From: an uncultured Candidatus Saccharibacteria bacterium | Lineage (GTDB): Bacteria > Patescibacteriota > Saccharimonadia > Saccharimonadales > Saccharimonadaceae | Assembly: GCA_938039975.1 (NCBI GenBank) | Contig: CALHTM010000002.1 | Span: 44,541 to 108,540, forward strand | Length of the DNA: 64,000 nt | Direction of reading: 5' to 3' | The notes under the pieces: model-generated | Told to the model about the DNA's origin: nothing | Databases searched by the model: none | What the model saw: only the letters and a program-made list of their open reading frames with translations | Translations under genes and position numbers: made by a program | Shown here: positions 28,949-38,343 of the stretch, piece by piece | How the letters are laid out: each line of letters begins with the position of its first letter | Numbering within the stretch: position 1 is the stretch's first letter

Positions 28949-29926
28949 TTATTGCAGATAAGTATAAAGTTTTTTAGCGTCTTTATGCTTGCGTAATTTT
29001 GCTAGCGCTTTAGCTTCAATCTGGCGAATTCGCTCGCGCGTCACCGCAAATTCCTGACCAACCTCTTCAAGTGTATGGCTCTTGCCGCTATCTAATCCAA
29101 AGCGCATCCGGACGATCTTTTGTTCGCGATCGCTCAGCGTACCTAGCAAATCTTTAACTTGTTCCTTTAACAGCTGGTTCGAGGCCGATTCCTCCGGACT
29201 AATCGTACCTTCATCTTCAATGAAATCGCCCAGCACCGACTCGCCTTCATCATCGCCGTCGCGGCCGACGCCAGCGTCCAAGCTCGAAATGTCTTGCTTG
29301 ATTTTCATGACATATTCGACTTTTTCTGGTTCCATCTCTAGCTCTTTAGCTAGCTCTTCAATCGTTGGCTCGCGATTCAGCTCCTGCGTCATGCGCCGCT
29401 GCGTGCGCAGCAATTTATTGATGGTTTCCACCATGTGAACTGGAATACGAATCGTCCGCGCCTGGTCGGCAATTGCCCTGGTAATCGCCTGGCGAATCCA
29501 CCAGGTAGCATAAGTCGAGAATTTAAAGCCTTTATCCGGATCAAATTTTTCAACCGCGCGCAACAAACCAGTGTGGCCTTCTTGAATCAAATCTAAGAAG
29601 TCTAAACCGCGACCCGAGTACCGCTTGGCGATCGATACCACCAGGCGCATATTTGCTTCGGCCATTTTATCTTTAGCTTTTTTGTCGCCTTCTTTGACGC
29701 GTTTTGCCAATTCTAGTTCTTCCTCGGCGCTCAGCAGCGGGATTTTGCCAATCTCGCGCAAATGCAGTCGCACTGAGTCGTCCGAAATATCATCGAAATA
29801 TTGATTAGCGTTCAGTACATCTTCAGGAGTATCTTCGTCCATCAAATCGTTGATATCAGGCTCATTGATGTCTTGATCTTGTATATTGTCGTCAGATGGC
29901 TTCTGCGCTTGGTCGTCGTTTGTCAC
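28949..29926 (-). CDS. rpoD: RNA polymerase primary sigma factor
   Basis: [46 protein letters not shown]. Confidence 0.98.
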   Translation of the reverse strand: MTNDDQAQKPSDDNIQDQDINEPDINDLMDEDTPEDVLNANQYFDDISDDSVRLHLREIGKIPLLSAEEELELAKRVKEGDKKAKDKMAEANMRLVVSIAKRYSGRGLDFLDLIQEGHTGLLRAVEKFDPDKGFKFSTYATWWIRQAITRAIADQARTIRIPVHMVETINKLLRTQRRMTQELNREPTIEELAKELEMEPEKVEYVMKIKQDISSLDAGVGRDGDDEGESVLGDFIEDEGTISPEESASNQLLKEQVKDLLGTLSDREQKIVRMRFGLDSGKSHTLEEVGQEFAVTRERIRQIEAKALAKLRKHKDAKKLYTYLQ

Positions 29927-31652
29927 GAGCTTTCTCCTTGATTATGTTATTGAGTGCCGCACGCAACTCTCTAGCCGCTGCCTCATCGCCAGCAGCTTCA
30001 GCGTCGCGTAACTTAGCTAATAATTCTTGTTGAGTTTGTTTGTTATGTTTATCCTCTTTATCCCGCAGCAGTTGGCACATCGCGACATAGCGATCGCCGC
30101 TATCCCATGCTGCATAACGCTCCTCAGCGCGCAATGATACCATTTTTACATAAATATCAGCTTTTTGCAACTTTTTAGGGCGATTTTGCGGATCGTCTTC
30201 TTCGAGGAGCACCGTCGCTAATAACTCTCGCTCGGCACTGCTCCATTGCTGGCGGCCGGCGCGGCGCAATTCTTCTAAACACCTAGCATCATAAAGCGCC
30301 AAAGCCAAAATGTTATCCTCCAGCACCGCCTGTTCGTTCTTAATAATCGATGTATTTGCAACAACAGGTTTGAAGGTTTGTTTCTTGACTGGCTCGCCAG
30401 CTAATTTTTGGCGCACCGCCTCCTCGCTAGTATGCGACATAGCAGCTATCCGCTTGATATAGTATTCGCGCTCGACGGGGTCAGCTAGCCCGCGCACTAT
30501 TCGCAGCGCTGCCGTAGTAAAAGTTCGCCGGCCGACCGCTGTATTCAAATCACAGCGCTCGGCATGCTGGCGCAGCACCCATTCGACAGCTGGCTCGTTG
30601 CGAGCTATCGCTTCGCGCCACGTCTGAACACTCGATTTGATCAATTCATCTGGATCTTTAGCACCATCTGGCAACGAAATAATCGTCAGCTCAACGCCCT
30701 CGTGCGAGGCCAGCTCAATTGCCCGCTCGGTCGCTGCCACACCCGCTTTATCGCTATCATAACAGAGGCGAACATCGCTAGTCAGCCGTTTGACCGCTTT
30801 GAGATGATTTTCAGTCATCGACGTGCCAGCAGTCGCTACTGTTTGCGCTACGGCCGCTTGGTGGCTGCTAACTACATCCAAGTTCCCCTCAACCATCACT
30901 ACGAAGCCACTTTTACGGATCGCCTCCTTGGCTTGGCTCAACGCGAAAATATGTCGCCCCTTATCATACAGTAATGTCTGCGGCGTATTCAGATATTTCG
31001 GCGCATTCGGCACATTGCCAATAATCCGCCCGGTAAAGCCAATTACTTGCCCGCCCTGATCCATCAACGGAATCATCATTCGGCCGCGAAACAAATCTTT
31101 GCCATAGCGGTTTAATAGCCCCGCATCGTTGATCTCTCGCTTAGTAAAACCTCTTTTTTCGAGCGCCGCCAGCAACGCCGTGCCGCTATCCGGCGCATAA
31201 CCAATCTGAAAACTTTGAACAGTTTGCCGCGACAATCCTCGCTGCTTAAAAACATATTCAATCGCCTGCTGGCTACGCAATAAACTCTGTTGGAAATATC
31301 GTGCCGCTAGCTCGTTGGCTGCCAACAGCCGCTTTTTGTAGGCGGTGCGCTTCCTGGCACTAGCCGATTGATATTCGCTGAGGTCAACTCCAGCTTTGCG
31401 CGCCAAAAATTCCATCGCCTGGCGAAAATCCATCCCCTCGGCCTCCATTACAAAAGCGAAAACATCGCCGCCTTTGTTGCTCGAGAAATCATGCCAAATA
31501 TTTTTTTCAGGACTTACGAAAAAGCTAGGCGTTTTCTCGCCAGTAAACGGACTTAACCCCTTATAGCTGCGCCCTGCCCGCTTCAGCTCAACATATTCGC
31601 CAATCACATCTTCGATATTGAGCCGCGAGCGAATTTCCTCCTTGGCATCCAT
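29892..31652 (-). CDS. dnaG: DNA primase
   Basis: EKTPSF, FRGR.MIP, PKYLNTP, VEG.LDV, YDSD.AG, KDPDE. Confidence 0.97.
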   Translation of the reverse strand: MDAKEEIRSRLNIEDVIGEYVELKRAGRSYKGLSPFTGEKTPSFFVSPEKNIWHDFSSNKGGDVFAFVMEAEGMDFRQAMEFLARKAGVDLSEYQSASARKRTAYKKRLLAANELAARYFQQSLLRSQQAIEYVFKQRGLSRQTVQSFQIGYAPDSGTALLAALEKRGFTKREINDAGLLNRYGKDLFRGRMMIPLMDQGGQVIGFTGRIIGNVPNAPKYLNTPQTLLYDKGRHIFALSQAKEAIRKSGFVVMVEGNLDVVSSHQAAVAQTVATAGTSMTENHLKAVKRLTSDVRLCYDSDKAGVAATERAIELASHEGVELTIISLPDGAKDPDELIKSSVQTWREAIARNEPAVEWVLRQHAERCDLNTAVGRRTFTTAALRIVRGLADPVEREYYIKRIAAMSHTSEEAVRQKLAGEPVKKQTFKPVVANTSIIKNEQAVLEDNILALALYDARCLEELRRAGRQQWSSAERELLATVLLEEDDPQNRPKKLQKADIYVKMVSLRAEERYAAWDSGDRYVAMCQLLRDKEDKHNKQTQQELLAKLRDAEAAGDEAAARELRAALNNIIKEKARDKRRPSAEAI

Positions 31653-31707
31653 ACATTTTAGTATATCACTCTTTACCTCTGTTATCGGTTGTGGTTAAAT
31701 AGTAAGT

Positions 31708-32610
31708 ATGAATCAGGACCCGTACACCAATCCGCAACAACCGTATTCACAGGGTTCTGCTAATAATTTACCGCCAGAAAACCCGCAGCAGCCAGCCGCA
31801 CCGTACAATCAGGTCTACGGCCAGCAAACACCGCAGCAGCAAGCGGCACCTAATCCGTATTACAATAGCCAAGCCGCCCAGCCGCAGCAGCCGGCATACC
31901 CACAGCAAACATCCAGCCTGGCAGCTAATCAGCCTGATCAACTACCGCAAATTAACCAAACCGCGCCATCGTACGACACAGGACCGCAGCCGCTAAGCAC
32001 CTTCCCGGTTTACGCCAGCAGCTCGGATGATGATTATAATACTGTTGACTACCTTAACCGCATCGCTCCGCAAGAACAGCACACCATCAATCGAATCGCT
32101 ATATTTGCGCTCATTGGCACTGTTATTGCTAGCGTTATCATCATTTTGATTCTAATCATCAACCCTGGCGCATCTGATGCCAACAGTTTAATCCAGCCGA
32201 TCCGCGATCGCACCGATACACTGAACAAAGTCGTCGACGAAAACGAAGGCCGCCTGACGCAGACTGAAATTGCCGAGGCCAACACTGCGCTCAACAGCAC
32301 TCTGACGACCATGCAGACTCGGCTAGACGCCATCATCAAAGAGCGCAAAATCCAGAAAAAATCCTCTAGCACCGAAAAAAGCTACCTAGAAGCCCTGCAG
32401 AAAAAGCTCAACGATTCCTACCAAAAAGGCAAGCTCGACAGTAGCTACGCCACCGCCATGACTTACGAATTAACCATTTTAAAGTCGCAACTCAACAAGC
32501 TTAAAAAGGTTAGCGACTCCAAATCAATCCGCTCGTTCTGCGACGAATCCATTAATAATATCGACGTTATCCTCAAAGCTTACCACGACTTCGCTTCAAC
32601 CAAGCAGTAG
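31708..32610 (+). CDS. hypothetical single-pass membrane protein, Pro/Gln-rich N-terminus
   Basis: QP-rich N-terminus, DYLNRIAP, TM helix, helical C-domain. Confidence 0.8.
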   Translation: MNQDPYTNPQQPYSQGSANNLPPENPQQPAAPYNQVYGQQTPQQQAAPNPYYNSQAAQPQQPAYPQQTSSLAANQPDQLPQINQTAPSYDTGPQPLSTFPVYASSSDDDYNTVDYLNRIAPQEQHTINRIAIFALIGTVIASVIIILILIINPGASDANSLIQPIRDRTDTLNKVVDENEGRLTQTEIAEANTALNSTLTTMQTRLDAIIKERKIQKKSSSTEKSYLEALQKKLNDSYQKGKLDSSYATAMTYELTILKSQLNKLKKVSDSKSIRSFCDESINNIDVILKAYHDFASTKQ

Positions 32611-32613
32611 CAG

Positions 32614-32952
32614 CTATTCCGTCACCAGCCGATAACTTAACCGCGCCAGGTCAAAAAGTTCTTCGTCGCTGAGCTGGCCGCTGCAAATCACCGTAATCCA
32701 GTGTTTTTTATTAAGATGAAAGCCTGGCTGAACCGATTCGTATTTTTGTTGTAACTTTAACGACAATTGCGGATCACATTTCAAGCTAATCCGTAACGGT
32801 TTTGAATTTTCGGCTATCAACGCAAACATTTTTTCGCTTTGGCCAGCATCTTTGCGGCCGACTTTGTACACAGCCACCTTATCGCCAAACGGATAGTCCA
32901 ACCAGGCGCCTGGAAAACTTAGCAAAAACTCTTCAAACTGTTGGTGCGTCAT
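32614..32952 (-). CDS. MmcQ/YjbR family protein
   Basis: DYPFG....YKV...KMFAL, SLKCDP, PGFHLNKKHWITV; ATGA overlap with corA. Confidence 0.9.
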   Translation of the reverse strand: MTHQQFEEFLLSFPGAWLDYPFGDKVAVYKVGRKDAGQSEKMFALIAENSKPLRISLKCDPQLSLKLQQKYESVQPGFHLNKKHWITVICSGQLSDEELFDLARLSYRLVTE

Positions 32953-33815
32953 AGCCATTTGCTCCGTATAAAGTATACCAGCATCAATATCGGCAAAACG
33001 ACCAGCATCGCCATCGTTATCCAAAACATTACATCGCTATGAAACGGCAGCTGCGAAAAGTTCATGCCAGCTAGACCTGTCAAAAACGACATTGGCATAA
33101 ATATCGTTGTTACAATCGTCAAACGCTTCATTACATCATTCATTCGATTAGACACTACCGACAAATACATATCCAGCGCACTAGTCAATAGATCGCGCAT
33201 GGTATCGATTAGCTCGTGCACGCGCCAAGCGTAATCGTAGCTGTCGCGCGCATAAATCGCGCACTTTTCATCAAAAATACTATACCGGCCGTTACTCAAA
33301 CCATTCAGCATATTCATCAGCGGCAAAATCACTTTGCGCAAATCCGCCAATTGGCGCTTATACACAAAAAGCTGCTGCAACTGGTGCTTGCCCGGATCGC
33401 GAATCATTGTATCTTCTAATTGATCGGTTACGTCGTCAATTGAATTAAGAATCGGCATATATTGCTCGACTGTAAATTGAATCATCGTTGCTGCGATTAG
33501 CGACGGCGACAGAGTGCCTGGCCGGTACGCTTCAATCCGCTCGGTAACCTCGCTATCTAATTCGTCGCGGTGCAAGGTGATAACTTTGTTTTTGCTGAGC
33601 AAAATCGTCAACCCTTGCCAATGGACATTGCGGCGTTCAATACTCGGGATTTCCGCCTTAATCAGTAGCCAATCGCCGCCTTCGACCGCTTGCGGCAGCC
33701 AACGGTTCTCAATCAAAATCCGCCGCTGCAACTCCGATAAGTTTAATTTTTCAATTAAGCTTTGCCGTACTTCCAGCGAATCCTCGCTGATATCATGCCA
33801 TATTTTATCTGTCAC
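32949..33815 (-). CDS. corA: CorA family Mg2+/Co2+ transporter
   Basis: N.VMKRLT, GMNF signature, two C-terminal TM helices. Confidence 0.92.
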   Translation of the reverse strand: MTDKIWHDISEDSLEVRQSLIEKLNLSELQRRILIENRWLPQAVEGGDWLLIKAEIPSIERRNVHWQGLTILLSKNKVITLHRDELDSEVTERIEAYRPGTLSPSLIAATMIQFTVEQYMPILNSIDDVTDQLEDTMIRDPGKHQLQQLFVYKRQLADLRKVILPLMNMLNGLSNGRYSIFDEKCAIYARDSYDYAWRVHELIDTMRDLLTSALDMYLSVVSNRMNDVMKRLTIVTTIFMPMSFLTGLAGMNFSQLPFHSDVMFWITMAMLVVLPILMLVYFIRSKWL

Positions 33816-34363
33816 GCCTTCACCTTTTTTAAATAATACTTCAGTTCCATGATGCTGCCGCGGATGTCCTCCAGCGCCCGATGGTCCTCTGGTTTGGCGA
33901 ATTTCTTGCCATATTTGCCCTCAAACACCACTTTCCAAGCGCTGACATCCAGCATCCGATAGTGTAGTCTTTTTGACAACGCAGGCCACCACCCGTCAAT
34001 AAACCGCCGATCTTGATGGATTGAGTTGCCGCCCAGCAAAATCCGCGGTTCGTCCGCAAAGTGCTCGTCGCAAAACGCCAGCAAATCGCGTTCCACCTCG
34101 GCCAGCGGCTTACCCGATGTGTTTTGTTCCTCCAAACCGCGCCGCGCCTCCAGATGTTCATTCCAAAAGCTAGCATTGCGGTCAAGTAGCCGCTTCAATT
34201 TCGCCGGCTCATGCCGCACAACCCCTTCATAGGTCGCAATTTCTGTAAAATCCCAATCCGTCGCAATCGCCGCCACTTCCAAAATCTCATCACGCGCCGG
34301 ATCCAATCCGGTCATCTCCAAATCCATCCACAAAATCTTTTTTGGCTTGAAACTAGCTTTCAT
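33812..34363 (-). CDS. orn: oligoribonuclease
   Basis: WMDLEMTGLD, GNSIHQDRRF, HYRMLDVS, HRALEDI. Confidence 0.95.
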   Translation of the reverse strand: MKASFKPKKILWMDLEMTGLDPARDEILEVAAIATDWDFTEIATYEGVVRHEPAKLKRLLDRNASFWNEHLEARRGLEEQNTSGKPLAEVERDLLAFCDEHFADEPRILLGGNSIHQDRRFIDGWWPALSKRLHYRMLDVSAWKVVFEGKYGKKFAKPEDHRALEDIRGSIMELKYYLKKVKA

Positions 34364-34453
34364 ACTTCTAGTATACTACTTTTTGGTATCGTAGTAATCT
34401 CTAGAAAACTGTTCCGGCACCTGCTGCAGCAAACGCTCTAATACAAAGAAAAT

Positions 34454-34477
34454 ACCCCTCCTGGCGCGAAGAGGGGT
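34454..34477 (-). terminator. intrinsic terminator of the GC-rich cassette
   Basis: ACCCCTC-N10-GAGGGGT followed by ATTTTCTTT on the minus strand. Confidence 0.7.
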
Positions 34478-34549
34478 CTGCCGTCCCGGCGGAAGTTGCG
34501 GCCAAGAAAGGCCAGACAACCTCCGCCGGGGCGGGGTGGGAGGGGGGCA

Positions 34550-34906
34550 TCACCTAAGCGCAGCCGCCCCCTCCCTCAGCCGACGGATGAACTCCCAGGG
34601 ATCGACCCCTGGGTACGTCAACTTCACTTCTGTTGCAGAAGTGGAATTGACGTAATAAATGGCCTTCCGGGGGTTACCATTCCCCCAAAAGACTACTTTA
34701 ATCCTGATGGAGCCGCCCGAAAGCGGCTTCATCAGGATATTCATCTCAACACCAGGACGGCTCACGCCGTCCTGGTAAATGAAGCTCCACCCCCCCTCTC
34801 CTAGGGAAAAACAGGGGGTAGGGAAGATGTCAAGCACCTTCCCTACCAAGTATGGAATAGGGGGGAGCTCCTGCTCCTGCTCCTGCTCCTGCTCCTCCTC
34901 GACCAT
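34550..34906 (-). CDS. hypothetical protein in GC-rich structured cassette
   Basis: 118-aa ORF, strong SD AAGGAGG, own -10 box and terminator. Confidence 0.6.
   Translation of the reverse strand: MVEEEQEQEQEQELPPIPYLVGKVLDIFPTPCFSLGEGGWSFIYQDGVSRPGVEMNILMKPLSGGSIRIKVVFWGNGNPRKAIYYVNSTSATEVKLTYPGVDPWEFIRRLREGAAALR
34871..34894. repeat. (CTGCTC)x4 in-frame tandem repeat encoding EQEQEQEQ
   Basis: Read directly from the sequence. Confidence 0.85.
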
Positions 34907-35182
34907 CTCTGGCCTCCTTTCTGCCCCATCTGGGGCAATAGTGGAGCTTGATCTGTTACCAAGCCCTCTTTAGCGCCGTGAAAACCACCATTTCACAGTA
35001 CTCAAGAGAGCTCGGATTCTGCCGTCTATATTCTAAAATGCGCCAGAGGCCGATCATCAACCAGCCCCTCGTTACTATTATAACACACTGTTGTAGGTAT
35101 TACTAGAATATTTACCAATATAATATCCCGATTTGAATGCATGATAAATACACGTAAGAGCCTCTCGTGTTATACTAAACCC

Positions 35183-35887
35183 ATGACCAAACGTATTCTC
35201 CTCAAACTCTCTGGCGAGCAGCTCCAGGGCGAGTTCGCCAGCGGTTTTGACCCCGCTCGCGCCCGCTGGATCGCTGAACAAATCAAACCAGCGCTAGAAA
35301 CTGGCGCCGAAGTCGTCATCATGGTCGGCGGCGGCAATTATGTCCGCGGCAACCAAATCATCGGCCACGGCATCCAGCCTGTCTCAGCCCATAATATCGG
35401 CATGCTCTCTACCCTGATGAACGCCATAGCTCTAGCTGACGTTTTCAACGACGCTGACTTGCCGACCCGCGCCCTGTCCACCGTCGAAATCAATCAATTT
35501 ATCGACCAATACACCTTTCGCCGCGCCCTCAGCCACATTCAAAAAGGCCGCGTGGTCATCGTTGCCTGCGGTACTGGCCGGCCGTTCCTAACCACTGACA
35601 CTGCCGCCCTGAACCTAGCTTTAGAAATGCAATGCGATGTTGTGATTAAAACAACGAAAGTTGATGGCGTGTACGATAAAGATCCTACCAAATTCCCTGA
35701 CGCCACCAAATTTGATAAGCTCAGCTATCACGACGCTCTAACCAACCCTGATATCACCGTCATGGACAAAGCTGCCATCGGCCTGGCTATGGACGAACAT
35801 ATCCCAGTTATTATCTGCGACTTACTCACCGACGGTAATATCGCCCGAGCCGCCCGCGGCGAGACAGTCGGAACGCTGATCTCTTAG
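35183..35887 (+). CDS. pyrH: uridylate kinase
   Basis: RILLKLSGE, VGGGN, GTGRPFLTTDTAA, VDGVYDKDP. Confidence 0.97.
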   Translation: MTKRILLKLSGEQLQGEFASGFDPARARWIAEQIKPALETGAEVVIMVGGGNYVRGNQIIGHGIQPVSAHNIGMLSTLMNAIALADVFNDADLPTRALSTVEINQFIDQYTFRRALSHIQKGRVVIVACGTGRPFLTTDTAALNLALEMQCDVVIKTTKVDGVYDKDPTKFPDATKFDKLSYHDALTNPDITVMDKAAIGLAMDEHIPVIICDLLTDGNIARAARGETVGTLIS

Positions 35888-35981
35888 CCTACTGAGTATG
35901 GTACGCACCTTGTTCCAGCATAAATCGTTTTACATAAAAATCCGCCGTACTTGTCCGACGGATATGTTTTTCAAAGCCCAA

Positions 35982-36389
35982 TTAATATTTTTTCTTATCT
36001 AATTTATCGAGTTTAAACAGGTGCACAATTGCATACACCACAAAAGCTACCGCCAGCAATGTAATCAACGAGCTAATAAACGCCCCATACAGAAATTCGC
36101 CCTTGCGGCCGGCAAATTCAACCGTGAACGACGCCGCCTGCAAGCCTTTTTGCGAACCGACGATCAACTGTACTAGCGGGTCAATAAACGCTGTCACCAG
36201 CTTCTTCACCGTATCGCCAGCTGCCGTACCGATCGCCAGACCAACCGCTAGGCCGACTATGCCCTGCTCGCGGATAAAATTAACGAAACCGCCCATGTGG
36301 GTGTCTTTAACTATTGTTTGCGCCAATTTTTTGTCGGCTAGCTTTTTGGCAGCTGATTTTTTGGCTTTTTTGACTGTTTCTGATGGCAT
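35982..36389 (-). CDS. mscL: large-conductance mechanosensitive channel
   Basis: F..FI....IVGLAVGLAIG.A, YGAFISSLI. Confidence 0.9.
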   Translation of the reverse strand: MPSETVKKAKKSAAKKLADKKLAQTIVKDTHMGGFVNFIREQGIVGLAVGLAIGTAAGDTVKKLVTAFIDPLVQLIVGSQKGLQAASFTVEFAGRKGEFLYGAFISSLITLLAVAFVVYAIVHLFKLDKLDKKKY

Positions 36390-36476
36390 TTAGACTCCTT
36401 TAACTGTTTGATTATAACCTGGTTTCTTGTGATAAATCGCTCGTATTAGTTTATTCCGCGACCTTACAACGTAACC

Positions 36477-38117
36477 CTACAAGCGCTCCGGCGCCGCGAT
36501 ACCCAAAATCGTCAAACCAGCCTTCAAAATATCCGCGTACACTGCCACCAAACCGACGCGGTGTGCTTCTTTGTCGCTGCCGACGACTTGGTTTTTCTCG
36601 TAGTAGCGGTTGAATTCTTGCGCCAGCTCAAACAGGTAGGCGCAGACGTGATGCGGCTCCAGACTTTCGGTAGCGCGGTTAACCGCCTCGGCGTATTCAC
36701 TCATTTTCCTGACTAACAGCCGATCTTCGTCGAACAATTCTGTCGGAAATGCAACTGCTTGCTCAGATTTTGCCAAAATACCCCGCGCCCGAGCGTGCGC
36801 GTATTGCAAGTAGCTACCAGTGTTACCCGTCAAGCTAACCGCGTCATTGATGTCGAACACTACGTCGCTGCCGATTTTTACCTTCAGGAATTGATAGCGC
36901 AGCGCACCCGCCACCACCTCGTCGGTCGGCTCGCCGCCAGCTTGGGTGATGGCTTTTTTGAATTCGTTGAACAGCCAATCAATAGTGATCACCTCGCCGG
37001 TACGCGAACTCATCTTGCCGGTTGTTAATTTGACCAGACCAGTTGCATAATTAAACAATTTACCTTTCAATTCTGGAATCGCCAATTCACTAGCCGCGAT
37101 CACCCCGCGGAAATACGCTGCCTGCTCCTCACCGTTGACCGTAATCGATAGGTCCAAGTTTGGATAATCTTGATGCTTCAGCTGAATTAGCCCCATATCG
37201 TGTGCACCATATAATCCGTTGCCATGTGAACCGATGAACACATTATCAAACGCACCGTATTGGCTGCCTTTGAAGATATACGCACCATCTGATTTGGTAA
37301 AGACCTCTGGGGTTTTTGCTTTGATCAAGGCCTTGCCTGGCACTTCAGTTTCACTCTCGACATACCGCCGTTCAATTGGCACATTGCCTAGCCGCGCCAC
37401 ATTGGCGTCAATTTCATCAAAGCTCCAGGCCTTACAAATCTCATACACCTGCTTATACAATGGATCGTCCAATACAAACGATTGCTTGGCTAGCTCGTCA
37501 ATTTCCGCTCGTGCCTCTGGCGATTCTTTAGCTGCCCGCGCTCCCTCAACGTACATACGGCTCATAAATTCGTTGCGCTTATCAGCCGGAATAGCGCCTA
37601 GCTTACTGACATCGCCGTCAATTTCGCGAAGAATCGCCCACATGCTCTTGCCGACATGCGTGCCGACATCGCCGTGGTAACTGACCCGATGCACCGCCGC
37701 GCCGTCCACCGCCAGCAAGTTCGCTATGGTATCCGCCAAAATCGAGTTCAGCGCGTGGCCGATGTGCATGGCTTTAAACGGATTTGGACAATTGGTCTCA
37801 ATCACTGCCGTCTTGCCAGCGCGTTTAGTTGCCGGACGCACTTTCAGCGATTCCAGCACTGCTTGGTCGCTCAACTTGACGTTGATAAAACCTGGACCCG
37901 CCACGCTAACCTCGCTAAACTCCTGGCGGCCACGCAACTCTTCGGCAATCGCCTCGGCAATTTCGCGCGGGTTTTTGCCCAAGGGTTTTGCTAACTGCAA
38001 CGCCGCATTCGTCGCAAAGTCGCCAAACTTCGGGTCGGGGCGCGTTAACTGTACATCAACCTGCTGCTGATACAGTTTGTTAATTATTTTCTTCAGTGTA
38101 ATAACACAATCAATCAT
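36477..38117 (-). CDS. argS: arginine--tRNA ligase
   Basis: GDFATN.A, AGPGFIN, HIGH, KMSSRTG, YLQYAHAR. Confidence 0.97.
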   Translation of the reverse strand: MIDCVITLKKIINKLYQQQVDVQLTRPDPKFGDFATNAALQLAKPLGKNPREIAEAIAEELRGRQEFSEVSVAGPGFINVKLSDQAVLESLKVRPATKRAGKTAVIETNCPNPFKAMHIGHALNSILADTIANLLAVDGAAVHRVSYHGDVGTHVGKSMWAILREIDGDVSKLGAIPADKRNEFMSRMYVEGARAAKESPEARAEIDELAKQSFVLDDPLYKQVYEICKAWSFDEIDANVARLGNVPIERRYVESETEVPGKALIKAKTPEVFTKSDGAYIFKGSQYGAFDNVFIGSHGNGLYGAHDMGLIQLKHQDYPNLDLSITVNGEEQAAYFRGVIAASELAIPELKGKLFNYATGLVKLTTGKMSSRTGEVITIDWLFNEFKKAITQAGGEPTDEVVAGALRYQFLKVKIGSDVVFDINDAVSLTGNTGSYLQYAHARARGILAKSEQAVAFPTELFDEDRLLVRKMSEYAEAVNRATESLEPHHVCAYLFELAQEFNRYYEKNQVVGSDKEAHRVGLVAVYADILKAGLTILGIAAPERL

Positions 38118-38147
38118 AGACCATATTATAACACTTTTTTGCTACGG

Positions 38148-38312
38148 TTAGTCTTCCGTGCCGTCAAAATCTGGCTGGCGATACACCGATACTGGCGTAA
38201 TATTACGAGCATGATCCGATTGCAGCACCGCTCGCAACATCGCTGTATCGTCGCTGCTCTCGTCATAAGCTGGCTCGAAATCTTCTACTTTTTGTTTTTC
38301 TTCTTCTGCCAT
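38148..38312 (-). CDS. small acidic hypothetical protein (54 aa, below ORF-track cutoff)
   Basis: MAEEEKQKVEDFEPAYDESSDD...DFDGTED; TG-TAATAT -10 six nt before the ATG. Confidence 0.55.
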   Translation of the reverse strand: MAEEEKQKVEDFEPAYDESSDDTAMLRAVLQSDHARNITPVSVYRQPDFDGTED

Positions 38313-38343
38313 ATTCTCATATTAGCATAACTAGTATAATTTG

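Noticed and set aside
29892..29926. dnaG/rpoD 35-bp overlap as a sequencing error
   Set aside because: Conserved operon with an SD (AAGGAG) before the rpoD GTG; both proteins look complete
34496..34804. Plus-strand 102-aa ORF in the GC-rich cassette
   Set aside because: Promoter, SD and terminator all support the minus-strand ORF
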